NCBI GenBank assembly: GCA_051362555.1
Contig: CM120641.1
Span: 8,556,001-8,620,000, forward strand
Direction: 5' to 3'
From: Lingula anatina
Lineage: Eukaryota; Animalia; Brachiopoda
Length of the DNA stretch: 64,000 bases
Position numbers and translations under genes: made by a program. A model generated the notes under the pieces. It saw only the letters and a list, made by a program, of their open reading frames with translations, was not told where the DNA came from and made no database searches. This document shows positions 41,451 to 55,700 of the stretch, piece by piece. The stretch's first letter is position 1, and the number at the start of each line of letters is the position of its first letter.

Positions 41451-42376
41451 ATCTTCTCGTCATTCGTCATGTCATTCAGTGATTCGTTAGCAGGAAATTT
41501 TTAAAAAGAAAATAAGAGTTGACGGATTAACTCCATATAAATTATGACACCTACGTTGTATAAAGCATGCACTTGCCTTATACTGTACATGTAGCTAGGC
41601 CTACATGTAGGCTACATGTAGCCTACCCCGTTCACACTGCCATAACGAGCTTCACACGCTACTTTTTCCACACAATGTGGCAAAAATGTTACTAAGACTT
41701 TACATTTTGCACTTTACATCGATGCTTGCATTGATTTCTGAAAATTTGTTATTGATCCGTATTTTGAGGCCTATTGAATACCGACTGGTTTGCGTGTGCA
41801 CGACCAGAGAGCTTCATTTTCTTTTAATTCTAAAACCTTTCAAGTTTTTCAAGTTTTTAAAAAGGCTAAATCATCTTTAACATCCACAATGCAATGGCCC
41901 TAGCATACACCAAAAATCTCTTTGTTTTATGCGCATGCATCGCACTTTTGGATATTCAAAAGATTGATGAGTCGCATCTCTAAACCTCGCCCTATGGCCA
42001 AGATAAGATTAGTTTTGTTACCGGTGCAATTACATAACGGCTCGTGCAAGCAAACTAGTATAAATATAAGCAGGCGTATATAAGTATGTTCTCGCGCCTC
42101 CCAACATTAGAGTTCTAGGAGATATACCGATAGATGTAGAAAAAGTGCATGTGAGTGGAATTGTAGACAGCCGAATCAGTCGTTCTGAATAGTATATTTA
42201 AATAATCAAGGATCATTAAACCCCACCAAGGTTGTCGCAACAATTGACTTATTTTATCTTTGACGGTTGCCTGGTATAGGAATAGAAAATAAGGTTTGAA
42301 GCAGATTCTTCCTCTGGAAACTAGATAACTGTGTCCTTATCATACCGTGAAGTGATAAATCGGCTAGCTCAACAGT

Positions 42377-45300
42377 ATGATATATTTAGTAATACCTGTG
42401 TGTATTTTACGTTTAACAACGTACCAGATGTTAGGCATGCAAACGAGGCATTCGACAACGATGGGAAACGTGACTGTTCTAGCTGGCTGTGATATCACCG
42501 TTTCAGAAAAGGGTTTTAATGACATTTTTTTGTCAATTGGGCTGAATATTCGCGATCCGTTTCTATCTGACCAAAGCCTTTTTGATCCTGACTGCCTGAG
42601 AAGTTACCGATCACTGCTTTCTCAAACGAGAAGTCGTCACTCTATAATAATGTTGGGGGTCAATAAAACCGGCTGCTCTCATTTGGAGAGGGTCGGGCGT
42701 ATCAAGAGTTTTGCCTCTTTTAGGCAAACTTTCGATGAACAGTTGGCAGACGGTAGAGACATTGTTGCAGATATTATTAAGAAGAGCTCTGTTGATTCAA
42801 ACGAGACGCAAGGTATTGAGAACATCGGTGGTGAAAGTAAACCTGTACATGTGTGTATCGGGGTGTTAAATAAGGAAATTAATCTAGAAGTTGATACTCC
42901 CTCGGAAGATGACTTTATCTTTTTGTCGGATAAAATGCAAACATTCCACTGTCTGCTAAAGGGAAATAGTAGCAGGGGGATGCGCTTTAATGCCGAGGAC
43001 GCGTGGTTCGAATCAGAAACTTACGCTGGAGATTGCGGATTGCTTGCCCTTGACACCCAAAAAGTTCATATCACTCCTCTCATCAACGTAGTAGAGGAGG
43101 ACTGCTCAACCAATAACGAGAAATTTAACCACTATCGAAACATGCGTTACCTTTGTATTGCGCGAAAAGCAATATATGGGATACAGCATACAACAATATG
43201 CCCATTATTTCAAGCTAACACCAATCTGGCAAATTCTACCAATAACCTTACCGCAATGACTATGCAAGTCTGTCCAGAAGCTCTAGGACCCAATGCAGCG
43301 TTTGTATCCACAATAACTGTCACCGACTCTATTGGCAAATGCTTTCGGCAGACAAGTGGTCGTACCATTGCCGAAATTAATACTCAAATTAATTACCAGA
43401 CAATATACTTCCATTTCGTGATTGTTCTCAGTCCTCTCTCCTTACTTGCGAATTCCATTCTCTTAGCAGTTCTTCTGTGTAACAGAAACAAAGGTACAAG
43501 AATTCGGAAAACAGCAACGCTTCTTCCCATCTTTCTTGTCATTGCTAACTGTTTGCACTTGGTGGTAGCATTTTCTGAAAGCTTGGCCCAACTGATGAAG
43601 TTGGTTCGACCAGAGCACACTCCGTGGTGGGTGTGTAGGCTATCAACCGTATTTGAATTTTTTTCGCAAGACATGTGTGCCTCACTGGTGTGTTTAATAA
43701 CTTTTGACAGATTCCTTGCAGTTTGTTTTCCCCTCAAGAGGAATTTTGCATACATCAGGACATCTCTAATGAAATCAGTAAGTACCTTTATAAGTCGGCA
43801 CCTATATGAGATTTGTTGTATAATTCCGTCAAATTAATCAAAGAAATAGGTATTATTTATTCCTCTTAGTAGCGAATTTGTATAAAATGAGTTATAAGTA
43901 ATTCATTGTTCCGAAGAGCGTGTAAGACAAAAATTGAAGCATATACAAAGTACAGTTTTGATACATATTTCCATAGCATAACTAGAAAGAAACAGTCTCG
44001 TTTGAGGAACTGATAAAAACAACAAGTATCAACTATTTTATATATCTTCAGAGACAAGTTTTAAGGCGATAGAAAAAAAACTTGCACATTTAATGCTTGG
44101 TTACAAGCTTGTCCCACAAATTACTGATAAAATATAACATAATATAAAATATATGGAAACGTAAGAAGATCTTGAAGAGGAAGATTGAAACCAGCAATTC
44201 ACCCAGATTCGATTCCAGATACGAATGTGAATACTGAGCATTATTATCATCTAGGCATTACTTAATAACTAAGTACAACATTTTTGAGAAAATTACTATT
44301 GGTAAACCTATTTTCTAGTTCTTATTAAATTTCTATGTTTTACTGTTACGAGGAATGAACTGTTCCAGTCTCATTCTCCACTTCGAGAATGACTAAAAAA
44401 TCAGAAACTTTTTTCAATGAGACCTATTGAGTACATTTTTTATAAACCTTGCAAACACAGCTGTATGTGACCTTGCACATGTCAATTGCAAAGGTTAGCT
44501 GTCATACACATACACTGTCCCGCTTTTTCTGAAGTGGAACACCTTTATGTTGCCTTTTTTATTTGGCCAAAATTGATCAAATTATATTCAAAGTTCCCTA
44601 AATTAGTTGTGGCATGTCATACCAAGATATTAATCTTAAAGGTATCCGCATGTTTGGAACAGTCCCAAAGTTATACTTTTATCTATACATATCCTGCAAA
44701 GTTAACTGTGCCAATACAGACTTTAAAAAGAAAATAGCCGGTGTCGACATTTCCTTCCCAAATGGCGTTGTAAACGTCATAGATAGCATTAAGGAAATTA
44801 AATCACTTAGTCAGTAACGGTTTAAAACATCGAATTCAAGTTCAGTGACGGGTCGAGCAATGATTCGTGACCTGGAGAAAATAACTTTTTTCATAGAAAA
44901 TATTAGATGGCTGAAAAATTCCGGATAGGATTCCATTAATAAGGCCAACTGTAACTATGTTTTTATACTATTTTCTTGTTTTCAGCTTGTCCTAGTATCC
45001 TTTGTTTTGAGTTTCACCAGCGGGATTCTGCACGGTAGAGGGGATCTCTTCACATATAGAGATTACAACAAAAATGATGGATGTATACTCACACTGGAAG
45101 ACCAAAACCAGGCCTTTATTGAAATAGGTATTCACTTCGCCATCCGTATGGCTGGATACGTTGTAATGTTTTTCGTCATTACTTTAATGAATGCAAAGAT
45201 AGCATATGTTATGTGCACCCAAGCAAAAAAACGAAAGCAAATAGCATCAGGGAGTGCTGATGTAGATAAGGGAAGTTTGATAGGAACTTTCTGTCTTGTG

Positions 45301-45582
45301 GTTTGTTCCATTTGTTTTTTAATTCTATGTATGCCGTATACTGTTAGTATGGTGCTCTTGATATTGCCATCTAACGGAAATGTTTTAATATCATATTACC
45401 CCATGCTCCTTATCGGAAAATGTGCTTTTCTGATAAACAATGGTCTTAATCTGTTTATTTTTCTCGTCAGCGGTGAGGCTTTCCGTGTAGCGTTCAAATC
45501 TTTATTTCTTAAAGCGCTTCAGTCAGTTACTTCGGTTTTCAATGCCTCAACAACAGATGCGCCCGCGAGAGAAATATCCTAG
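42377..45582 (+). CDS. Divergent class A (peptide-receptor-like/chemoreceptor-like) GPCR with long Cys-rich extracellular N-terminus, ~665 aa, 2 exons
   Basis: Exon 1 42377-43777 (donor TCA|GTAAGT) joins in phase 0 to exon 2 44986-45582 (acceptor TTTCAG). Seven hydrophobic segments are present, with WVC at the start of TM3, ITFDRFLAVCFPLK, CFLILCMPY in TM6 and NNGLNLFIFLVSGEAFR in TM7/helix 8. The N-terminal hydrophobic stretch MIYLVIPVCIL suggests a signal peptide. Confidence 0.85.
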
Positions 45583-46529
45583 AAATATTATTTAGGCACT
45601 TGTTCATGAATTCTAGTTGATTGGTTAATTGATCAGTATTTGAGTGCAACACACACTGATGTGCCTAATACAATGTAATTCGGATGTTGGATAAAACAGC
45701 CGCATAAAATGAGACTAATGCCTATATTTACCCAATACCTAAGCCACCGATTCCAAAATTTCCACCAGACTTCTAGTTATGTGTCTTTGGCTTTGACTGA
45801 CCCAACTTTGGTTTTGGGAGATCTATGTGTTTTTTCAAAGTATAAGTGATAGCGTGGTCTTATTTTAGTTGGATATGGTGAATCTTAATTGGCGTGACGG
45901 CAGACATTGGGTATACTTTGTTGTATTTGACAGGAGTAAGAAGACCTGTTGCCTTCAGTATTCTGGGTTTTCTTAGTCTGCCTTCAGTGGTTGATTGTTG
46001 GAAAGGATCTGACTCCAAACCTCAGGTATAAGCTACATCAGTATCTGTAATTTTTATTCCTGTGAAGGGTGGTTTGAATGAAACCAATGTATTTGAGAAC
46101 AGTAACTCTAAAATTTTGTTTTCGGTAACTTTGTAATGACTTACAATGTAAAATTTTATATATTTAGTATCTTATTGGATAATACTCAGATTCCTAAATG
46201 TTCAATTCAGACGTACAGTCGGTTCGCATTGTAAAAGATGTCTGACATTGGATGACAATTGTATAAAAATGAAATGTGATGGAGTGGACAAAACACAGAG
46301 AAAAACAAACCTGTACATAGTTATAAAAGAAAATACGCGAGGCATGTTAAGTGGAAGTGTTAAAACAAAAGTTTTGTAAAAAAAGGATGTAAGAAGATAC
46401 CTTGTATGAAATAGACAGTAGGTTTTAATATGTGTACAAGACGTGAAAATTACTTGTTATATTGGAGTTTCAATGAAAGCATGCGTTAAACGTTATAGAA
46501 GGAAAGTAAGAAATTATGATGGAAAATTG

Positions 46530-46857
46530 TATGTTGTTCTTAATTATAATTTGACCTGTGATCAGGCCTACCCAACTACCAGACTCGGCACATAAGGATC
46601 CTGAATTAACTAGTATATCGGACCACACTACCCGTTTTCAAGGTGTGTGTCAGATCGCATTTCGGAGTATCAGTCAGAACACCGACAGGATGAGCCCACG
46701 GTCGTCCTACAAAATGATACTCCGAAATGCGATCTGACACACACCATGAAAACGGATTGTGTAGTCCGACATACTGGTTAATTCAGGATCCTTATGTGCC
46801 GAGTCTGGAAGTTGGGTAGGCCTGATCACAGGTCAAATTATATTTAAGAACAACATA
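46530..46857. mobile_element. Foldback element / long-TIR MITE (143-bp arms, 42-bp spacer)
   Basis: Arms 46530-46672 and 46715-46857 are reverse complements with few mismatches (tatgttgttcttaattataatttgacctgtgatcaggcctacccaact... / ...agttgggtaggcctgatcacaggtcaaattatatttaagaacaacata). Confidence 0.9.
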
Positions 46858-47365
46858 ATTAACAAAATCTAGTAAATGTGGTTTTAAAGTATGCGATGTT
46901 GAACATTTATTGTAATGTTATGTATAATTATGGTATTATATATTTATCGACTTCAGAAAATAAACTTTATCAATGATTAGATGGTACATATATTAACGTA
47001 GGTTTATTTCATTCAATCTTGAATATGTCAATATATATTACATATTGTTTTACTATGTGTTTTCAATTTTGAAACAAAACGTACACATGTATTATCAAGT
47101 GAAAGAAAAGGGTGTATGAAACAATTGGTATTGATGTAATTTCATTATATTTGCACGACCAAATATTAATGAAACTTTTGGAAATAAATATTATAAACAC
47201 TTAATCAACGTGCCTCTTCCTTAATTGGCAAGTTATTCAGGATGGGTCGGTGTTAAAGCCTGGCGTCCGTTTTTTTTTTTCTTTTCATGATAGACAAGTA
47301 TTTTAGTATTTAGAGGATCTGTGCGTACTACAAAATACTTAAATGACAATTAAAAAAAACGGTTG

Positions 47366-47665
47366 AATTAATGCGTTCATTAGATATGGACCGATTTTCT
47401 GTAAAAGAAAGAGCGAAAAGCGATCATAAAAACGACAGAAGAAACGGTGCGATAGATGCCGCAGCTAACAGAGACTCCATTAGAATAATTGATAACCCCT
47501 TTACATAAAAGGAATTTACGTCATCTCTGAAATGACTATAAATGTTTATGTAATAAAGACACCACTAATCAGCAAAGTATGTGTGATAATCACGAAAACG
47601 TGTTGTGTATCTGATTTATATAACGGGTGGTCAACTTGAGTTTTACATCCATCAAACCATAAATA
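47366..47665 (+). repeat. Diverged direct repeat, copy 2
   Basis: Same colinear blocks as 41170-41450. Confidence 0.8.
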
Positions 47666-49383
47666 CATAAATACAAAAACATGAGTTATGGTAAAGAAAT
47701 ACAATAGTAAATGCAACTCTGCATCGCTGCATTGCATAACGTAAAAAGATTAGCCACTCACGCCAATCCAGCTCCTTTAGCCATTAAGTATGCGTTTCTA
47801 TTTTCAAAAAAGTTTACAGAAAACGACACTGAAGGGTCAGCATTTTCGCAATTGCAACTCACCTTGAATTAGATATCAACCAATACAAAACCAACGTTAT
47901 TTGAAGATAATTTACAAAAACAAAGTCGCAGATAGTTGTAAAGAAATAACTCCAGAGAGGAAATATTACGGGGAAGTATAGGATGCTGCTTTGGGCAGTA
48001 TATGGGCTGGTAGAGCCATTAAGTGGAGTAGTGGGCAACGTTTTAAACAAAGTACAGAAAATCTTTTTTTTTTTCGTTGGAGTACAATATAGGCAACCAG
48101 TCTTCTCTCCTGCGACATTGTACAATTAAGCCCCTTCTGCTCGGCATGCACTTCTTACAAAAAAGGGTGCAGAAGACAACAAAACATTAACATTTAAATC
48201 AAGAACATCAACTGAATTCAATTTACGGCCTTCACTTGTAAGAGCTTTAACACAGTGGTATTAATGAGAAAGAAACGGCAAGAAGGTAACGAAATATACT
48301 GCAATTCGTCTTATTATTAATTTTTTTGTGTCGCAGTGCCGAGTCATGCATTAATTATTCCATGCTAAAATACACCATTTACTTAGGAGACGAGTAAAAA
48401 CATGCCATTCTCTCTCTGCGTCGAACTTAAAAATAACAGTACCAAATTTAAAAACTATCAGATCTTCAAAGTCTTATACATATGTTTGGGCACTGGATAC
48501 TTGTTGAAACTAGTTTGTTTGAATGAATGCAAATGTATTTTTGAACATCCTCAGAGTACCAAATGTTTTATTTCATCTTAACGCTTTTAATTAAAAATTA
48601 TATTCATCATTTAGTGGATTTAACAATTTACATTACTGGAACTATTTTGGTTGCTAAGAAACATTATTTTGGAAAAAGGATTTGTCGCCAAACTGGTTTC
48701 CATCTGTGCGCGGTGTTGTGGACGGGAGAACGCATTCATGCTATGCGTGCGTGTATACTAGATGCATCTCGTCTGAGTCGTGATATGTGCTCTAAAGACC
48801 ATTTAAATAATTTGTTACCCAGCAAGATATAACAATCTTGGGTAATTAAACGGCCCTGTGCGTGTTTGATGACAGCGTATTGGTACGTAATGATACGCAA
48901 TGACTCGTGCGGTGCGTGGCGTGGCGCATCTTTCATTACGTCGATGTTGGGAGTCTCAGAAACGTAAGCACTCCTATCATCCTAGATCTATGTAATCATA
49001 AAATCAAGTATTTCTTAAATATCTAGTTCTTCAAGCATTTTATTTCCATAGATCGTTTTTCAGAACCTTAACGAATATACATATATATATAGTTACAATT
49101 TATTTCTACTTTTATTTTGGAAAAGCCATTTGGTAAGTACTTGGTTCCCTTGTATTTTTCTTTTTTAAATTTTGAAGTTCTTGCAATAGTTACCGTTGGT
49201 CAAAGTACAAATTCATACTATTTGATATTCAAAGCAAACAATAACATTATTGGCGTCATTATCAACATTTCCCTTCTGAGTTTGAAAAATAAAACTTGTT
49301 CCATACCATCCATCCTTTACCTTAAACCTTTTACTGTTAAATGTAAACATGTTCCAAAAGCTCACACATACAAAATAATAACA

Positions 49384-49606
49384 TCTAGAAAAGCACTCAA
49401 TGAATGCAGACCTCTACCAAGAGAATTTATTAATCAACTGAATGAAGGATCATCACCAAGATCTAATTGATTCAAAGAGAGCCCCTCATACCTATCCTGA
49501 ATATTTTATAAAAATCCGTCCATAACATTTTGCATAATGTTGCTAACAGACAGACAAACATAAAGACAAGTATTATCAAAAACATAACCTCCTTGGGAGG
49601 GCTGAT
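49384..49606 (+). mobile_element. Second, older copy of the Helentron/DINE-like family at 16995
   Basis: ctagaaaagcactcaatgaatgcagacctctaccaag...atccgtccataac...aacagacagacaaaca...aaaacataacctccttgggagg. Confidence 0.7.
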
Positions 49607-49777
49607 AAATAAAATAAGCAAAAATATTCATTTTTGTAAATTTGAAATATCTGAAATAAAAATTCACTTCTTCATTTTATAGGAATGCTTATCACAATAT
49701 ACTCAATATACTTTTACTCAGTTGTTCGATTATTAGAAATAATAAGAATGTTTATGATGTGGTTTTTTACAAATCTG

Positions 49778-52700
49778 TCAGCAAACTGCCTGTTTCCATT
49801 CCATGATTCCTTCATTTTTTCTACCCCCATCAAGGGAAGTAAGCACTCTTGCTAGGTGATTTATTTTCTCACGATTCTGATAAAGATACACCTGAGTGTC
49901 CCACAGCATTCTACAAAGAATGGTGTCCTCAGTGGCATCCAAAGAAATATCATCTGACAACTGAGGGCTGAAGCGAAAGAATGGGATGTTGACCATGGCA
50001 CACCAGGCTCGACAGCGATCTACTACACGGCCCTCTGCTTGTGTGGCCTGAAAGATGTTACGTAGTTTTTATGTAGTACAGGTAAATGTATATTTTGAAT
50101 TAAAATTACCCCATTCCTAAACACTATCATCAAATTTTTCAATTCCTGAAATAAAGATGGCCTTGCATCTTATAATTGTACAGTTTATCTATTTGCTTCC
50201 ATCAAACCTCTAATTCAATGTTGTGTTCACACTGGCATGCACTTTTTTTTAGACAAATAAGTGGTTTTTGTCATAATTCAATAAATCATGCATCATGTAT
50301 AATTTAAAATGTTCATGTCTTTTATCTTCAGTAAATCACCTTTGTCATATGCCAGTGTAAAATGTGCACACAATCACTTGTGATCTTATTAGAATTCATA
50401 CTGCTCTTTGCAAAACAGGTAAGTTACATAAATAATTTTCTATCCTATTCATGTTTTCTGTATGCAATAAACAAGTCAACCAACAATGCAGTTAATACCT
50501 GGGGCACAAATGACTTAAAAGTTTTACAATTCACTTACTGTAACATAAACATGTTTTTTTTTAACAATATTTTTTCTGCCTCTCTTACCTGATCTATCAG
50601 CAAATTAGTCAATGCCTGAGCTCCAAACCCTAACTTGACAAGATCTATTGGTCCCCCTGGTCTGAAAACATCACAGTTTGACACAGGAGTCACTGGGATG
50701 CGCCCAGTGCCTAAAGAGACCACAAGACCTAAGGGGCGCATTTTACTTTCCTGATTCTAAAATGAAAAACAAATATAATTGCAGTGTACAAATTTAATAG
50801 TTTATTCAAGATTACGTCCTCTGTTATCTAAAATCTGAAGCTTTACTTGTAATGATGAAGAATATTGTATGTCCCCCATACCAAAACAAACAAGATAATA
50901 ATCAATTACAGTGTTGATTAATGTCATTATTTTGCACAGACTTTGCCACAAATAATTAGTGAAAACCATTCTCAAGGAAATATCGATACCCTAATTCTCA
51001 TATTGTAAAGTAAATAATAACTTTGAATGTTGATATAATATAATAAATCAATATTCTTTAGCAACCTGCATAAGACAAGTCAAAATTTTAAATCATGACA
51101 CTAATATCTGCATCAGCCATTCTTAAGCGAAAAAAAAAAAATGATAGGAATTATTTAGTTTATTTGTGATGTACATGTCTGCCATTAACATCATGTTATT
51201 TCTGACTTACTAAAAATTTAAGTGCCATATTGTACTCCCAGATCTCAGTCAGTAAATCAAGGGTTGGGTTGTTGGCAATAAGTCCCCCATCCAAAAATCT
51301 TCCCATGGCACGGAAGTAGGTAGGTGCTGCCCCTGTGCACCTGGCTGCTCTCCATACTGGCTGTTCTATAAAAATTGTAATAAGGACACCCTTCTACAAA
51401 TTTGTTTTAGTTTTCTTTGTGGCTTCTAAGTATCTATAATCAATTAATTCTCTATGGTACTCTATATTTAAAATGGGGATCTCTGTTCAACTTCATGTCA
51501 AATATCATTTTGTCAAAACTCAGGCAATGCAATTAATAAAAATAAAAATTAAATAAATGATGCATCTTTTTTTGGGTTGTTCTTCTTTTTCCATTTCATT
51601 AATACCATTTTTATAACATGTGCCAGTACCTTAACAAGAAAATAATGTACTGTCTACATATTCCACTGCAAAGTAAAATACCTAGGTCATGCTGGCATAA
51701 TATTGGGCGCCATTTAAAAGACTAAAACATTTTCAACAATATACATTAATGATCATTTTTTCTTTATCAATTTGTTCAGTGAATCAACCTGGAGAGTGGA
51801 AATAGATATATAATGAAAAAAGTATTAATGTTGCCAAGATGGAGTAAACTACAAAAAAACATAAGTAGCAGAAGTAGGAGAAGAAATAGCAAAATAAGCA
51901 GTGTTCCTACCATGAGGGCCTTTGACGGGCTCAAAATTGTTAGTGTCCACAGTTGGTTTGGATGTGGAAGGGGACTGGGCAGCTTTCCGTGGGGACACAT
52001 AATTCCTAAACAGATGCAATTCTGCTGGATGACGATCAGCCAAAACACCTGTGACCATAACTCTACAGGGAAGAAATAAAGAGAAAAATATGTGCATTAA
52101 AAATTTTAAAATGCATTGGCAGGCTAACAGATTATTGTTACAAAAACAAGAAAACTGAAAAAAACCATAGAGAAAATTTTGTCAAAAATTTCATTTACTT
52201 TTTTTAATGAAATGGGCCTTTAAATACACATTTTGGATGATGGTGATGGACCATAGGCATCCATATCATATTGATATAAATCTTTAATACAAGAGATATT
52301 ATTTAACATGATAAACATTTGAAAAACAAATTCAATGCAGTTTCACAACTAGAGCTCACAGAACAAGACTGAGTACTAACTTGGGTTCAGTTACATCAGT
52401 CATTTTTGTGTTTTCTCCAAATTCTTGCTTCAGAAAGCTCTCAAATTTTTCTGAATTGTACGGCCTTCCTCCAACAAATACTTGACTCTTAAGTCGGAAG
52501 TACAGTCCCATTGTATACCTCAGGGTTTTGCCTGGAAAAAAAAACAATGTATAAGTATGATCTTATGAAAACACCTCGACTTTCACAGTATATACTATAT
52601 AACATAAACAACTGCTTTTATGTGGTTCACCTGAAAAACATTTAAAAGTGATGATTATGGAGGTGAGTCTCAAACAAACTGTCACTCAGGCTGAATGATA

Positions 52701-55700
52701 AATGACAAAAATCTGATAATACAATATGATACAAATAATTACATGAATAGCTATTCATCTCCTACCATGCAAAATAGCCAAGGCCAGTATTCCCCCTGTG
52801 CTTGTCCCAGCAAACCAGTCAAACATCTCACGTATGGGTTTTCCTGCAGCCTGCTCAATGGCAAGCAGTATTTGTATAAGGACCAGGCCACGGATCCCTC
52901 CACCATCAAGGCTCAGTACCTAAAGATAAAAGTGGGACCATGCTTAGACCAATCTTAAAACTTAGGCACAACAAATTCAAGGTGAAGTAAATTACTGGAT
53001 TTATCAAGGTGAACAAGGCAATGGGATTTTTCAACTTTTAACTAGAGATAAATGTTTTAGTTGAAAGGGGAAATTTAAATAATTCATGATAAAAAATTCA
53101 AGCAAGATTATTTCAGTATCTAAATCATATTCATTAATTATTTTCATCACCTGGTCTACACATTTCAAGAGAAGGCAACTGGCATAACAATATTTTATGA
53201 GTGGTCAGAGAACTTAATACATAATTATAGTTACAACCATTATGGTGTCCTCTAGATTTTTGTCCAAGAAGTTTTATGGGTGAGACAAAATTAAGGGATT
53301 GGTCAGAATATATCAACAATGGGATGGTTTGCCTCATCACTATCCAACCTGTTACTGTAGGCTTGAAGATATAAACTAAACTGAGCATACCCTGAGTCCA
53401 GCTTTCTGTTTTAGATCAATGCTGGTATGCCAGGCATTAAAGGAAGCAGTTCCTTCCAATGCATCTCTTAACATCTCTTCATGTACTGAAATTCAAAATC
53501 AATTATATAAGTATCCATGATTTTTTGACCCATATCAAATTTACTGCACATGAAGTTGATGCAAAATTCATATAAAGATAAATACAATAAAAATTAAAAT
53601 TATAAACATGGAGGCATTGTTCATATATATATGATTTCCCCTGACAAAAGCAATCAACTGTCATAATTAATCAAGTGCAAGTAAATGTTCTTTTTTATCC
53701 TTATATTTATTGTCCCCTTACACACTTTCTTGGTACAAAACATCCTTACACATGACTGGTTCATCAGGAGGTGGTGCTGGCTTTCCATCTGGTTTTCCAT
53801 CATTCTTTCCATCTGACTTACAACCATCAGAACACCCTTGCATTCCCTCCCTACAGCGCAGGGCACCAACCATATGAAGACAGTATACCAGGGCATCCCT
53901 GTAAGTGGGAAATGCAGGTTAATATCTGGAGTCCCAAGTACAAACAAAACCTTGGCTTTGAAAAGAAAAAGTTGCCAATTTCCTTACCCAAGAGCTCCAA
54001 GAGAGGCATTCAAGTCCCCAACTCACTCATCCCTCTCTTAAGTTTATTATATCTAAAAGGACACATAGATGGTAGAACCGAGAGGAATAGTGACTAGTGC
54101 TTAGTAAAGCTGTAAAAGTCCAGTGTTCACACTCCCCATACCCCATACATGCACAGGAGAAACGTTAATCATATCGGAGTTGTAACAACCATAAGAAATG
54201 TTATCTAGGTGACAACTTAACTTTTGCGTGAACTAGATAATTTGTATTCAGTGAAATTAAGAACAAAAAAGTACAGCAATTATATTTTAGCGCCAAAATA
54301 TTAAAAGTTGTTTGAAGGCAGCTATTCATACAGACTGCCTATTTTAACTTTAAAAGACAAAATACTGAAGTTGCAAGTTACATAATTGATGCAGTTGTGA
54401 TATGTTGAAAACCAATTGTTATAACCATCTTCATAATCAACAATCTTTCCTTGTTAATGTGTATCATATCTTACCTGCTTTTGCTTGAACTGTTAGCTGC
54501 AATGTGTCTAGGCATAACTCCAAATGAATTAGCAGCATTCACGTCACATCCAAACACAATGATGGATCTTACAACATCTACATCTTCTGTCTGAAACATC
54601 AGAATTTGTTGCACACCAAATTGCTGGCATTAAAGAAATACGCTCTTCCATGATAATACTTCTTGAGTTTCTCATCAAAGTATTTTCATAATAATCATAT
54701 CATAATAAACAAAGTCCAGCAAAAATGTTTCACACAAAAAAAAAAAGACGAAGACAAAAGTGAACCATACTTGTAGTTGCAGTAAACTCAAATCAAAGGT
54801 AAATGAGATATGTTGAGGCACACAAGTGTAAACAGAATGTACAAGTTATGTGAAAAACTTTTTCCAATATTCTGCAGATATTGTATTGGCATTAAAGTTT
54901 GGACTAAGTTACTCTCTTGAGACAGGTATGTAGATGTACAATGATATATGATGAATTGATGATGATGCTTGAACTTTTGTTTTATCAAATGAATTTATCT
55001 TTCTTTTAAAAGAATATGAAGAAATATTTACCAGAAGGGCCAAGTGTAATAGTGTATTTCCTTGATAACCAATAGCATTAGCATCTGCCCCACGTGACAG
55101 CAATTCAACTATACACTCCACACGTTTTCTCTGTATCATAATATGCAAAGGTGTATCACCAGAAAAATTTCGAGCATTTGTATCGCACCCCAAGTCTGCA
55201 AGCAAGGCTACTGTCTGCAAAAGAAAATAAAACCTTTATAAGTTATAACATAAATTAAAGGTTATCAATCATGCTATAAAATATAAAGTTTTGTAATACC
55301 TTATAAGCATAGGACATTATTCTGGTATTCAATAAAACTTTTATACCTTTTGAAATGTGAAAGTAAACACACATATTCTGTTCTGTAGGTATGTTTTAAT
55401 TGTAATCAGTGACTTGTAAAAATGTGTAATATATATCTCAACAACGACATCAAATGAACATTCTAATCAGATACATAAAAGTGACAGGGTATTTTCTTAA
55501 ACACTAAACATTAACATTTGCAATATAGCATGCATAATACCTCTTTGGTTTTAGCCCAATGAATAGGAGCACCACCATACTTTGTGTCTTGCATAGTCAA
55601 CTGGTTGGGACACCTCTTAACTAAAATTTCTATGCATCTTCGAAAGGAAATGAAAAAATATATAAATATATAAACAAATGACAAACAAATAAATAAACAA

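Noticed and set aside
43778-43837. 486-aa ORF as a truncated 3-TM receptor
   Set aside because: A GTAAGT donor at 43778 splices in frame to 44986, restoring seven TM segments.
45730-46090. Stop-poor minus-strand frame as a decayed gene or viral fragment
   Set aside because: Three stops in about 115 codons and no recognisable motif; not distinguishable from chance without a search.
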